A stretch of DNA of 32,000 bases from Candidatus Saccharimonadota bacterium (GTDB lineage Bacteria > Patescibacteriota > Saccharimonadia > Saccharimonadales > Saccharimonadaceae). The stretch is taken from the NCBI GenBank assembly GCA_017511645.1, contig JAFWJH010000003.1, positions 70,297-102,296 of the forward strand, in the 5' to 3' direction. A program made the position numbers and the translations under genes. Positions within the stretch are counted from its first letter, which is position 1. The number at the start of each line of letters is the position of its first letter. Below are positions 8,760-18,526 of this stretch, piece by piece. The notes beneath the pieces were generated by a model that was not told the origin of the DNA, ran no database searches, and saw only the letters and a program-made list of their open reading frames with translations.

Positions 8760-10033
8760 ATAAAGGCTTAATTCTTAAAACATTTATTCGTGCCCGCTAT
8801 TTTCACAAATTTAAAAGTCGAAGGAGGCTGGAAAAATATCAGCAAAAGCAGACAAAAAAACAACTAGATTTCTTCGAACGCCATTCCCCGTATTTCCAAA
8901 AGTTTAGTGGCAAAACTTTTGAAGAGTTGCCGTATATGAATAAAAAAGTCATGATGGATAATTTTGACAGAATGAATACAGCCGGAATATCAAAGGACGA
9001 TGCCCTTAAGCTAGCTATTAATAGCGAAAAAAGCCGTGATTTTTCAGAAAAGCTGAATGGCTACTCTGTTGGGCTGTCATCTGGGACAAGTGGACACCGT
9101 GGGGTGTTTGTCCTTAGCGACGACGAAATCGCAACGTGGGTGGGTGGCATGATGGCAAAAATGCTACCGAAAGGTAAGATCTTTGGGACCAAAGTTGCGT
9201 TTTTCCTTCGGGCCGACAATAACTTATATGAGTCATCAAATAGTAAGATACTTAAATTTGAGTTTTTTGACATCTTAAAGCCAATGGAACAAAATATAAT
9301 AAAATTACAGGAGTTTCAGCCGACAATTTTGGTCGCACCGCCATCTGTACTGCTCATACTAGCGGAGACTGCCAAAGTCAAGAAGCTGAGCATTAATCCA
9401 GTAAGGATTATATCAGTTGCAGAAGTATTAACAGAAAAAGACGAACAATATTTGAAAAGGGTTTTCAAGCAAAAGATAATATACCAAGTATATCAATGCA
9501 CCGAAGGGTTCCTTGGATACACTTGCGAGTATGGCTCCCTACATCTCAACGAGGATGTTGTAGTGGTTGAAAAGGAGTATCTTGACGACACAAGATTTAC
9601 TCCGGTTATCACGGACTTTGTTAGGACGACTCAACCTATTGTCAAATATCGATTAAACGATATTTTGGTTGAAGATAGAAGGCCATGTAAATGCGGGACA
9701 TCTATGACAAGGCTTAAAAAGATCGAAGGAAGGATGGATGATGTTTTTGAATTTGATGGCGTAAATGATAGAACGATAAAAGTATTCCCTGATTTTATTT
9801 CCAGAGTGGTACTCTACGTGCCCAAAATAAAGAATTATAGAGTAGTACAAGAATCATCCAAAAAAGTCATTTTTTATCTAGATAATATAGACATTGAAAA
9901 TCAAAGACTAATCAAAGAAGAGTTAAAAACTCTCGCTAAGAGAATGCGTTTCAAAATGCCAGCCACTACTTTTAAGAAATATGAATCTGATTTTAGTAAA
10001 AAGATGAAGCGAGTGGAAAGGATAAAAAAATGA
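8756..10033 (+). CDS. Adenylate-forming enzyme, CapK / coenzyme F390 synthetase-like
   Basis: 'GYSVGLSSGTSGHRGVFVLS' P-loop-like motif, 'VYQCTEGFLGYTCEYGSLHLNEDVVVVE', 'PIVKYRLNDILV'. Confidence 0.85.
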   Translation: MNKGLILKTFIRARYFHKFKSRRRLEKYQQKQTKKQLDFFERHSPYFQKFSGKTFEELPYMNKKVMMDNFDRMNTAGISKDDALKLAINSEKSRDFSEKLNGYSVGLSSGTSGHRGVFVLSDDEIATWVGGMMAKMLPKGKIFGTKVAFFLRADNNLYESSNSKILKFEFFDILKPMEQNIIKLQEFQPTILVAPPSVLLILAETAKVKKLSINPVRIISVAEVLTEKDEQYLKRVFKQKIIYQVYQCTEGFLGYTCEYGSLHLNEDVVVVEKEYLDDTRFTPVITDFVRTTQPIVKYRLNDILVEDRRPCKCGTSMTRLKKIEGRMDDVFEFDGVNDRTIKVFPDFISRVVLYVPKIKNYRVVQESSKKVIFYLDNIDIENQRLIKEELKTLAKRMRFKMPATTFKKYESDFSKKMKRVERIKK

Positions 10034-10962
10034 GAAATTGTAAAATATCGGGCTATGGATATTATTTACCAAAAAACATAGTGACATTTGGTAATCAAAT
10101 TAGGTACAGAGCTTCAGGCAAGGAAAATCAACTTTTTATGGCGACAAATGCCGCTAAAAAGGCGATGAAAAATGCTAGGCTAAAACCAGAAAATATTGAT
10201 TTGATAATAGCCGCTTCGGCAGTAGGTATCCAACCAATCCCCTGTACGGCAAGCTTAATTCATGAACAAATAATGAACGACTACAACATTCCTGCTATGG
10301 ATATTAATACTACTTGTACTAGCTTTATAACCGCACTGGATATTGCATCGTATCTGATTGCAGCTGGAACATATAAAAATATCTTAATTGTATCAAGCGA
10401 GCTGGCTAGCCCTGGGCTTCCGAAAGATAAAAAAGAAATCTATGAACTATTCTCTGACGGAGCCGCGGCAATTGTACTTTCTCATACTAACGATACGAAA
10501 CGAGGTGTAATAGCCTCTAAACAGTGCACTTGGTCAGAAAGCGCGCACGCGACAGAAATTGTAGGTGGATTAACCGGACTTAATGCCACTAAAATGAACA
10601 ATAAAAACCGAGACAAATATTACTTTAAAATGGAGGGGCTCGATATATTACGTGCATGCACGCGAAAATTACCAAAAATGTTTGACGATTTTGAAAAAGA
10701 GACTAATCTATCATTGGACGATGTAGACTTAGTAATCCCACATCAGGCGAGCAAGGCATTGCCCTTGATTATGAAAAAATTGGGAGTACCAGAAGAAAAA
10801 TACGTTAATCGTGTTGATAACTTTGGTAATCAAGTGTCCGTTTCGGTTCCATTCATGTTATGCAAAATGCTAGAAGAAGGAAAAATCCATACTAGTGACA
10901 AAGTAATGCTATGTGGGACTGCAGCAGGGTTAACATCTAATATATTATTAATGGAGATATAA
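10030..10962 (+). CDS. 3-oxoacyl-ACP synthase III family protein (KASIII/FabH-like)
   Basis: Active-site Cys in 'DINTTCTSFITALDIASYLI', His in 'VIPHQASKALPL', Asn in 'VDNFGNQVSVSVP'. Confidence 0.92.
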   Translation: MRNCKISGYGYYLPKNIVTFGNQIRYRASGKENQLFMATNAAKKAMKNARLKPENIDLIIAASAVGIQPIPCTASLIHEQIMNDYNIPAMDINTTCTSFITALDIASYLIAAGTYKNILIVSSELASPGLPKDKKEIYELFSDGAAAIVLSHTNDTKRGVIASKQCTWSESAHATEIVGGLTGLNATKMNNKNRDKYYFKMEGLDILRACTRKLPKMFDDFEKETNLSLDDVDLVIPHQASKALPLIMKKLGVPEEKYVNRVDNFGNQVSVSVPFMLCKMLEEGKIHTSDKVMLCGTAAGLTSNILLMEI

Positions 10963-10963
10963 A

Positions 10964-11200
10964 ATGTTGGAAGAATTTAAAAAGTTTCTAGATGAGGAAT
11001 TGGGCATAGACGATGATATTACATTAGAAACTAGCCTAAGAGACGATTTGATGATTGATAGCTTGGCGACTACGCAATTAGTGCTCTCACTTGAAGAAAA
11101 ATACAATATAAAAGTAGAGCAAAGCGAGCTCGCTAAACTAAAGACCGTAAAGAATTGTTTGGATTTGCTAGCGGAGAAAGGTATAGAAAGTGCCAATTGA
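10964..11200 (+). CDS. Acyl carrier protein (1)
   Basis: 78 aa, 'LRDDLMIDSLATTQLVLSLEEKYNI': DSL phosphopantetheine attachment motif. Confidence 0.88.
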   Translation: MLEEFKKFLDEELGIDDDITLETSLRDDLMIDSLATTQLVLSLEEKYNIKVEQSELAKLKTVKNCLDLLAEKGIESAN

Positions 11201-11555
11201 TAAACTGAAGAAGATTTTAGCCGATTTCGATAGTTCTGATGCAACCGAATTTGAGTACGAGGATGCCGATTTTAGAGTTTCTATAAAGAAGAATGGTCCT
11301 AAAACGGATCAAGAAAAGACTGACTATTCAGATAAACATATTTTGTCGCCGCTGGTAGGCACTTATTATGATGTATCCCCAACCATACAAATAAACGAAA
11401 GAGTTAAAGAAGGTCAGTCTTTATGTATCATTGAAAGCATGAAAATAATGAATAAAATTTGTGCACCGGCTGATTTGATTATTAGAAAAACGTATTTTGA
11501 AAACGGAGAGAGTGTAGAATTTGGCTCTAAGCTTTTTGAGGTTGATTATATATGA
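11190..11555 (+). CDS. accB: Biotin carboxyl carrier protein of acetyl-CoA carboxylase
   Basis: 'SPLVGTYYD...EGQSLCIIESMKIMNKICAP': biotinyl-lysine motif. Confidence 0.92.
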   Translation: MPIDKLKKILADFDSSDATEFEYEDADFRVSIKKNGPKTDQEKTDYSDKHILSPLVGTYYDVSPTIQINERVKEGQSLCIIESMKIMNKICAPADLIIRKTYFENGESVEFGSKLFEVDYI

Positions 11556-12814
11556 TTCAAAAAGTACTAATTGCAAATAGAGGAGAAATAGCAGTAAGAA
11601 TAATACAGACCTGCCGTATTTTGGGTATTAGAACGGTTGTGGCATACTCAAAATGCGATAAAGATACTATGGCGGTATTCTTGGCTGATGAGGCGATTTG
11701 TATTGGTGATAGCAGTCCATCGGATTCGTATCTCAACATTCCAGCAATTCTAGAGGCGGCAAAAAATACGGGATGTGATTCTTTGCATCCAGGGTATGGC
11801 TTTTTAAGCGAAAATGATGAGTTTGCAAAACGAGCCCATGAAAGTGGAATTATATTTATTGGGCCATCAAGCAACATTTTAGAAAAAACTGCAAATAAAT
11901 TCCGAATGAAAGAAACGGCAAGAAAATTAGGAATTCCAGTTATCCCATCAGCTGATGAAGATAAATGTCCACTAATGATTAAATCAAGCTATGGTGGTGG
12001 CGGAAAAGGCATAAAAATAGTAAAAAACAGAGGGGATTTCGACTATTGTCTCAAATCTGCCAAACTAAGTTTGAATACTGGGTTTAGTGGAGACAATTTC
12101 TTCTTGGAACAAATAATAGATTTATATAAGCATATAGATATACAGTTTGTTGCGGACAAATTCGGCAAAATTTCTATTCTACCGGCCAGAGACTGCTCCG
12201 TGCAATCACATTATCAGAAGGTTATCGAAGAAACCCCAGTGTCTAATATACCAAAAGAGCTATTGGAAAAAATGGAACAAGACGCTGTCAAACTTATAAA
12301 AGAGGTTGGATTTGATAATGTCGGGACGATTGAGTTTTTGGTGGATAAACAGATGAACTATTATTTTCTTGAAATAAATTCTAGATTACAAGTCGAACAT
12401 ACTGTAACAGAAGAGGTCACGGGTATAGATCTTGTTGAACAGCAGATCAGAATAGCTTCAGGTCAGAAGAATCGTCTGCCTATGAAAGTGAGTGCTAAAA
12501 AATGTGCCATCGAATGCAGGCTATCTGCTAAGGATAATGGCGAGCTTAATATATTTAGCTTACCTACGGGAAAAGATGTGCGAATAGACACATATATTTA
12601 TCAAGGATACCGAATAAAGCCATATTATGATCCGCTGATTGCAAAAATAATAGTAAGCGACAAGGAAAGGCGGAGGGCGATCTCAAAGATGAAACTCGCA
12701 CTTGATGAAATAATTATTTTAGGTGCTCATACTAACGTTGATGAACTCTACGAGACTATTAGCCGAGAAGATTATATAGTGGGTAGCTATAGCTATTTTG
12801 GAGAGAATGAGTAA
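11552..12814 (+). CDS. accC: Acetyl-CoA carboxylase biotin carboxylase subunit
   Basis: 'KVLIANRGEIAVRIIQTCRILGI', 'HPGYGFLSEN', 'EINSRLQVEHTVTE'. Confidence 0.95.
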   Translation: MIQKVLIANRGEIAVRIIQTCRILGIRTVVAYSKCDKDTMAVFLADEAICIGDSSPSDSYLNIPAILEAAKNTGCDSLHPGYGFLSENDEFAKRAHESGIIFIGPSSNILEKTANKFRMKETARKLGIPVIPSADEDKCPLMIKSSYGGGGKGIKIVKNRGDFDYCLKSAKLSLNTGFSGDNFFLEQIIDLYKHIDIQFVADKFGKISILPARDCSVQSHYQKVIEETPVSNIPKELLEKMEQDAVKLIKEVGFDNVGTIEFLVDKQMNYYFLEINSRLQVEHTVTEEVTGIDLVEQQIRIASGQKNRLPMKVSAKKCAIECRLSAKDNGELNIFSLPTGKDVRIDTYIYQGYRIKPYYDPLIAKIIVSDKERRRAISKMKLALDEIIILGAHTNVDELYETISREDYIVGSYSYFGENE

Positions 12815-14436
12815 TGAGTATCCTGGATGAGCAGAAGATAAAAATAAAGAAGCGTAACGCTAGAATCTTAAATAGACCAGCCTGTTCAAACTGCGGTGAC
12901 GAATTGGACGAACTTCTAGTGTGCAAAAATTGCAAACACCATGAGAGGATGCCAGCTCTAAAAAGAATAGAAATTATACGAAAGAATGGTGGAAAATTCA
13001 AACAACTTTTAGCAGAATACGATATAGATAATTCAAGAACATATGATTATAGTGAAAAATTTGAACGGGACAAAAATCGTACCGGCCTCTCTGAATCCGT
13101 CATTGTCGGCAAATGTAAAGTAAACGGTAAAATTTTTATTACTATACTAATGGAACGATATTTTATGGTTGGTACTTTATCGAAGGCAAATGGTGAAAAA
13201 ATCGCGAAAGCCTTCGAATATGCAACAAAGAGTAATCTTCCTGTTGTGGCTTTCTGCGCTGGAGGCGGAGTGCGTATGCAAGAGGGCGCTGTGGGCTTAG
13301 TACAAATGGCGAAGATTGATGCTACTTTGATGAAATTTCGCAAAAAAGGCCTGCCGTTTATTTCTGTTTTAACGGATCCAACTTATGGCGGCACTACTGC
13401 ATCTTTTGGATTAATGGGTGATATAAATATCGCTGAGCCAAATTCCTCAATTGGGTTCGGCGGCAAGATGCTGGTGAAAGACATATTACACGAACAGGTT
13501 GCTGACGATTTTCAAAGTGCAAAATACGTGTTGAAAAGCGGCGGGCTAGACATGATTTGTGAGCGAAAAGATATATTGAATACAATTATTGAGCTTTTAG
13601 CTATACTAAACAAGAACAATTCAATTAAAGCTGAGAATGAAAAACCAGAATATGACCATGGCAATAAAAAACCAGAAATAGTTCTCCAAAATATTAGAAA
13701 CAACTCTAAAACAGTTGGAATCGATTATCTCTTTAAACTTTTTGACAACCCCATAATATTAAAAGGAGATCGAATTTCTTATGATGATCCAAGTTTACTC
13801 ACTGGACTCGGAGAAATATCTGGCATAAAAACAGCTTTCATCATCCAGAATAAAGGCAGAAATCTGAGAGAGAATATAGAGAATAATTACGGAATGACTA
13901 GACCAGAAGGCTTTAGGAAGGCCATTAGAATAGCAAAATTGGCCGAAAGGTTTCACTTGCCCGTTCTGATATTGCTCGATAGTCCTGGGGCGCATCCTGG
14001 AGATGTTGCAGAAAAGAATTGTCAAAGTATTGCCATTTCGGAAAGTATGCTCAATTTGCTGGAAACAAAAACACCAATAGTATCAATAGTGACTGGAGAA
14101 GGTTGTAGCGGTGGTGCATTGGGCTTATCGATTTCGGACGTACTCGCAATGTTTAGTGGAGCAACTTACTCCGTCATATCACCTGAATCCTATTCTGCAA
14201 TTATTTTTAATAAACCCGAAGTCCAGCCAGAATTATTAGCAAACATGAAGTTTACAGCTAAAGATTTATATAACGAGGGATTAGTTGACGAGATTCTAAA
14301 AGAAGGTACATTGGAATATAACACTTTGCAAATAGAGCGCTATTTTGCAGAGTCCTTAGTACGTTTAAGCAAATTTGATATAAAACAATTACTTGATAGA
14401 CGGTATAATAGAATAAGGAACTGGGATAAGCAATGA
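12814..14436 (+). CDS. accDA: Acetyl-CoA carboxylase carboxyltransferase, fused AccD (beta) - AccA (alpha)
   Basis: 540 aa; N-terminal zinc ribbon CSNCGDELDELLVCKNCKHH, AccD-like 'GGGVRMQEGAVGLVQMAK', 'PTYGGTTASFG'; C-terminal AccA-like 'RLAERFHLPVLILLDSPGAHPG', 'EGCSGGALGL'. Confidence 0.9.
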   Translation: MSILDEQKIKIKKRNARILNRPACSNCGDELDELLVCKNCKHHERMPALKRIEIIRKNGGKFKQLLAEYDIDNSRTYDYSEKFERDKNRTGLSESVIVGKCKVNGKIFITILMERYFMVGTLSKANGEKIAKAFEYATKSNLPVVAFCAGGGVRMQEGAVGLVQMAKIDATLMKFRKKGLPFISVLTDPTYGGTTASFGLMGDINIAEPNSSIGFGGKMLVKDILHEQVADDFQSAKYVLKSGGLDMICERKDILNTIIELLAILNKNNSIKAENEKPEYDHGNKKPEIVLQNIRNNSKTVGIDYLFKLFDNPIILKGDRISYDDPSLLTGLGEISGIKTAFIIQNKGRNLRENIENNYGMTRPEGFRKAIRIAKLAERFHLPVLILLDSPGAHPGDVAEKNCQSIAISESMLNLLETKTPIVSIVTGEGCSGGALGLSISDVLAMFSGATYSVISPESYSAIIFNKPEVQPELLANMKFTAKDLYNEGLVDEILKEGTLEYNTLQIERYFAESLVRLSKFDIKQLLDRRYNRIRNWDKQ

Positions 14437-15221
14437 AACGAGCGTTTATTTTTACTGGACAAGGAGAAGGACTGGGAATTCATAATCCTCAGCTAGCCAC
14501 TTTTTGGATGAGCATTGCTTTAGCGAAAATTTTAATCGCAAATGATATTAAGCCAGATGCGATAGCAGGTCTTAGCCTTGGGGAATATGCGTGTTTTGCT
14601 GTTGCGGATGTTTTTAACGTTGAAGAGCTAGAGCAAATCCTAATATTTAGGCAAAAAATAATGGATGATGCATTAAGAGGCTCAAATACTTCTATGGTGG
14701 CGTGCCTTGGTATGTCAGCAAAAGAAATTGAGAAAATGGCAACGAGGTGCGGTCTTTTTGTTACAAATTATAATTCACCTATGCAAACCGTAGTCGGAGG
14801 AGAAAAGACAAGAATAAAGGAGTTTAAGGATGCTTTCCGGCAATTTAAAAACGCATCGACAATTGATTTGCGAGTAACTGGCGCCTTCCATTCCCCATGT
14901 TTAAATAGTGCCAGCGAAAAGATGAGGAGATTTTTAGATAGCTTTTGCGAGAAAACGCCTACTATACCGATTTATTGTAACTTAACTGGCAAGAAAATAA
15001 TCAAAGATGTCAGAGGAGCGATGGTGAAGCATTTAGTGAGCCCGGTACAATTCCAAAGCATTATTGAAAATATGTTGGATGACTCAGTAGATGAATTTAT
15101 CAGCATCGGCATTGGAACTACGCCGGTAAATCTAATTCGTCAAATATGCAAAGAAAAGGGGGTTCGAGCTAGAGTAAGGAAAGTTGAGTCGCTAGAAGAT
15201 ATTGAAAGGATTATAAAATGA
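14433..15221 (+). CDS. fabD: Malonyl-CoA:ACP malonyltransferase
   Basis: 'FTGQGEG', 'AGLSLGEYACFAV' (GxSxG), 'GAFHSPCL', 'PVQF'. Confidence 0.92.
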   Translation: MKRAFIFTGQGEGLGIHNPQLATFWMSIALAKILIANDIKPDAIAGLSLGEYACFAVADVFNVEELEQILIFRQKIMDDALRGSNTSMVACLGMSAKEIEKMATRCGLFVTNYNSPMQTVVGGEKTRIKEFKDAFRQFKNASTIDLRVTGAFHSPCLNSASEKMRRFLDSFCEKTPTIPIYCNLTGKKIIKDVRGAMVKHLVSPVQFQSIIENMLDDSVDEFISIGIGTTPVNLIRQICKEKGVRARVRKVESLEDIERIIK

Positions 15222-16444
15222 GACGAGTGGTAGTAACTGGGTTAGGTGCGATTACTCCTATTGGCAATAATGCAAAAGACTTCTGGAATAGCCTAAAGTC
15301 TGGCGAAGATGGCATTAGTGTCTTAGATACGGAAGAATTCGCCGAGTCGTCCGTAAAGTTAGCGGCAACTGTCAAAGATTTAGACTTATCATCCTTGCCA
15401 AAAAGAGATACAAAATTCGATTCGAGATTTACAAATTTTGCGAGAATTGCCGGACGTGAAGCATGGAATGATTCCGGACTAGATATGGCTTTAGAAGATG
15501 CTAAGAAGGTCGGAGTTTATATTTCTACAAGCATTGGTGGACCAGAGACATTGAGTGACGGTGTTAGACAATTAGACACAAAAGGCGCAGCCAGAATTTC
15601 ACCATATTTCCTACAATCAGTTTTGCCAAATACGGCCGCAGCAAAAGTATCAATAGATTTAGGTGCTAAAGGGAGTAGTATGTGTCATGTAGCGGCCTGC
15701 GCAAGTGGTGGCATATCAATAGGTGAAGCATTTCTAAAAATCAGAGATGGAGATAATAATATTTTCGTTGCTGGAGCAGCAGATGCATCTATAACTCCAC
15801 TAACCCTCGCCGGCTTCGCCGCAATGAGGGCTATATATACTGGCGAAGACAAAAAATGCGCTTCAATTCCTTTCAATAAAAAGCGTAGTGGTTTTCTGAT
15901 AGGAGAGGGTGCTGGTGTTCTAGTTTTGGAAGAGCTATCTCACGCGCTAAAAAGAAAGGCTAAGATATATGCCGAGATTGTAGGATACGCTAATAATTCG
16001 GATGCTTTTAATATGGTATCACCAGACTACGAAGGCCTATCGAGCAAGGATGCTATGTTGGGTGCTATTGCCTGCGCCGAGATTAATCCTGACAATATCG
16101 GGTATATCAATGCGCATGGCACATCTACGATATTGGGTGACAAAACTGAAGCAAAAGCCATCCGCGAGATATGGAGTAAGGAATGTCCACCCGTGTCGTC
16201 GATTAAGTCGCAAATCGGGCACTTGCTTAGCGCTAGCGGTGCAGTAGAGGCCATAGCTACGATATTAATGCTGGGGAGCGGAATTATACCCGGTAGTACT
16301 TACAAGTTGGATCTAGAAGACGACTGTGTCTTGAATATCTCTGAAAAAGAGCGGTTGGCCAACGCTAACTATGCTCTATCTAATTCATTTGGTTTCGGTG
16401 GCCATAATGCCTGTCTGGTATTTAAGAAATGGAGCGCGCAATGA
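15218..16444 (+). CDS. fabF: 3-oxoacyl-ACP synthase II (KASII)
   Basis: 'RRVVVTGLGAITPIGNN', active-site 'HVAACASGG', 'NAHGTSTILGDKTEAKAI', 'KSQIGHLLSASGAVEAI', 'NSFGFGGHN'. Confidence 0.95.
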   Translation: MRRVVVTGLGAITPIGNNAKDFWNSLKSGEDGISVLDTEEFAESSVKLAATVKDLDLSSLPKRDTKFDSRFTNFARIAGREAWNDSGLDMALEDAKKVGVYISTSIGGPETLSDGVRQLDTKGAARISPYFLQSVLPNTAAAKVSIDLGAKGSSMCHVAACASGGISIGEAFLKIRDGDNNIFVAGAADASITPLTLAGFAAMRAIYTGEDKKCASIPFNKKRSGFLIGEGAGVLVLEELSHALKRKAKIYAEIVGYANNSDAFNMVSPDYEGLSSKDAMLGAIACAEINPDNIGYINAHGTSTILGDKTEAKAIREIWSKECPPVSSIKSQIGHLLSASGAVEAIATILMLGSGIIPGSTYKLDLEDDCVLNISEKERLANANYALSNSFGFGGHNACLVFKKWSAQ

Positions 16445-16965
16445 AAAGAATTGTTCTAGAAAGCATCAATAGCACCAATGATCATGCAGAAAAAATAGCA
16501 GACAAAACGCATGAAAATATTCTAATCATTGCAAAATCCCAAACGAATGGGCGCGGGCAGTTCGATAGGAAATGGTTTTCCGAACCAAATAAAAGTATTA
16601 CTCTTAGTTTCCTGTTGAAAAACAAAAGTGGAGACAAAAAGTTAAGGAAAGATGCTTTAGAACACATACCAGTTATCATTTCTAAAAAGCTAAATGAACT
16701 ATACGGCGTAAATTCCAAAGTGGTTTTACCGAATGATATCAAGATTAATAATAAAAAAGTCTGTGGTATTTTGATTGAGGCGCATTTTAAGGCCGATACA
16801 CTAGAATATGTCGTAGTAGGAGTAGGGATTAATCTTAATAATGATGATTTTCCGGATGACATAAAGTCGATTGCGACATCTATCAAATTAGAGATAAAAA
16901 AAGATTCAGATGCGGACATTCTCACGGATAAATTAGAGGAGGCCATAGAGGAACTATATGACTAG
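16429..16965 (+). CDS. birA: Minimal biotin-[acetyl-CoA-carboxylase] ligase (no HTH domain)
   Basis: 'INSTNDHAEK', 'SQTNGRGQFDRKWFSEPNKSITLSFLL', 'KWPNDI'-like 'VLPNDIKINNKKVCGILIE', 'VVGVGINLN'. Confidence 0.88.
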   Translation: MERAMKRIVLESINSTNDHAEKIADKTHENILIIAKSQTNGRGQFDRKWFSEPNKSITLSFLLKNKSGDKKLRKDALEHIPVIISKKLNELYGVNSKVVLPNDIKINNKKVCGILIEAHFKADTLEYVVVGVGINLNNDDFPDDIKSIATSIKLEIKKDSDADILTDKLEEAIEELYD

Positions 16966-18526
16966 GGCGAATAATTTCTCTGCGATGATTTCTGAAAGTG
17001 TCCAAAAGTATGGGCAGAAAACTTTCTTCGTCGGCGAAAATTTTTCAAAGACCTACGAAGAATTTTATAATGATATCCAAAAATTGTCAGGTTACTTTGT
17101 GGACAATAGTTTAGTTGGCAAAAAGATTGGGATTTATGCGTCTAATTCTTATAGTTGGCTACTATTATTCTTTGCCGTGGCTGCTGACGTTGGAACAATA
17201 GTGCCACTCGACAAAGAGCTGCCAGAAAAAGAGCTTGCATTATCTGCTAAGCGTATCGGTTTGGATTTCATTTTCTATGATGATTTAACGAAAGACAAAG
17301 TAAATTGTCTTCCTAAAAATATCCATGCAGAACATATAAATAAAATAGACGACATCATCAGAGAGACGCCAAATCGTAAAGTCAAAAAAACGTCGAAACG
17401 CGACTGCGCCGCACTATTTCTAACTTCCGGCACAACGTCTAAATCTAAAATCGTCATGTTATCTGAAAAAAACTTAGTTTCTTGTGCCTATTCTTCAGCC
17501 GCCGCTTTTAAGCTAAAATCCACGGATAGGTATTATACAATTTTGCCACTCCATCATACGCTTACTCTAATGTGTGCAGTGTTGGTGCCTATTACCAATG
17601 GATGCTCGATTTGTTTTAGTAAAAATATTAAAGACATGCAGAGAGAAATGTGCTTTTACCAGCCAACTGCACTCGTTGTGGTACCGAGGCTGCTCGAATA
17701 CATTATGAATAATATAAAACTCACAGCTAAGAAAAAACACAAAGAAAAGGCTCTGCAAAAACTAATTTTTATATCAAGAGGAGCGAGGCTATTACACATT
17801 GATATAAGAAAGCCCTTATTCTCTAGTATTCACGCCAGATTTGGAGGCAAGGTTCGCATGATCGCTTGTGGTGGAGCAGAGCTAGATCAAAGGGTTTTTA
17901 ACTTCCTGGACGATTTAGGATTTAATATTTACCAGGGATACGGGTTAACGGAGAGCTCACCGATTTTAACCATTCGCGGAATGTTTGTAAAAAGTAAAAT
18001 TGGCGTCGGTAGGCCGCTAAATGGCGTACATCTAAAAATAGCCAATCCAGATGCGGCTGGTATTGGAGAAATTATTGCCAAAGCTCCACAAGTTATGTTG
18101 GGTTATTATGATGATAAAAAAGCTACAGAAGATGTTTTAAAGAATGGTTGGCTCTACACGGGTGATTTAGGCAGGATAAGAAATGATGGTAATCTAGAAG
18201 TAGTTGGTAGAAAGAAAAACGTCATTGTGACCAGCAACGGTAAAAACATCTATCCAGAGGAACTAGAAACACTGATTAATTATAGCAACATAGTTAAAGA
18301 GAGCATCGTAAATGGAGTTCAAAAGAAATCCGGCTTACAAATTATCGCTACGATAGTACCAGAAGATAAAAACCGGAAAGATAAGTCTCTCGACAGCAAA
18401 ATAAGTAAACTTATTAAAGACATAAATGCAGAATTACCGGATTATAAACGTATCAATAAATACATAATCAAGAAAGATGAATTCGAGAAAACCACTACAT
18501 TAAAGATAAAGAGAGGTGGAAAGTGA
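16958..18526 (+). CDS. Long-chain acyl-CoA/acyl-ACP synthetase (AMP-binding)
   Basis: 'CAALFLTSGTTSKSKIVMLSEKNLV', 'YQGYGLTESSPILT', 'GWLYTGDLGRIRNDGNLEVVGRKKNVIVTSNGKNIYPEE'. Confidence 0.9.
   Translation: MTRANNFSAMISESVQKYGQKTFFVGENFSKTYEEFYNDIQKLSGYFVDNSLVGKKIGIYASNSYSWLLLFFAVAADVGTIVPLDKELPEKELALSAKRIGLDFIFYDDLTKDKVNCLPKNIHAEHINKIDDIIRETPNRKVKKTSKRDCAALFLTSGTTSKSKIVMLSEKNLVSCAYSSAAAFKLKSTDRYYTILPLHHTLTLMCAVLVPITNGCSICFSKNIKDMQREMCFYQPTALVVVPRLLEYIMNNIKLTAKKKHKEKALQKLIFISRGARLLHIDIRKPLFSSIHARFGGKVRMIACGGAELDQRVFNFLDDLGFNIYQGYGLTESSPILTIRGMFVKSKIGVGRPLNGVHLKIANPDAAGIGEIIAKAPQVMLGYYDDKKATEDVLKNGWLYTGDLGRIRNDGNLEVVGRKKNVIVTSNGKNIYPEELETLINYSNIVKESIVNGVQKKSGLQIIATIVPEDKNRKDKSLDSKISKLIKDINAELPDYKRINKYIIKKDEFEKTTTLKIKRGGK

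Noticed and set aside
10948-11244. Minus-strand 98-aa ORF over the ACP
   Set aside because: Antisense shadow of ACP/KASIII coding sequence with Ser/Phe-rich content; no RBS or family signal.
16002-16254. Overlapping ORFs (16002 +, 16027 -, 16037 -) within fabF
   Set aside because: The fabF frame carries complete conserved motifs across this interval; these are shadow ORFs.
11190-16444. Interpreting the operon as an ordinary complete type II fatty-acid synthase
   Set aside because: No FabG, FabZ/FabA or FabI/FabK/FabL homolog is visible, and FkbH with its own ACP and the HxxxDG enzyme are not FAS components.
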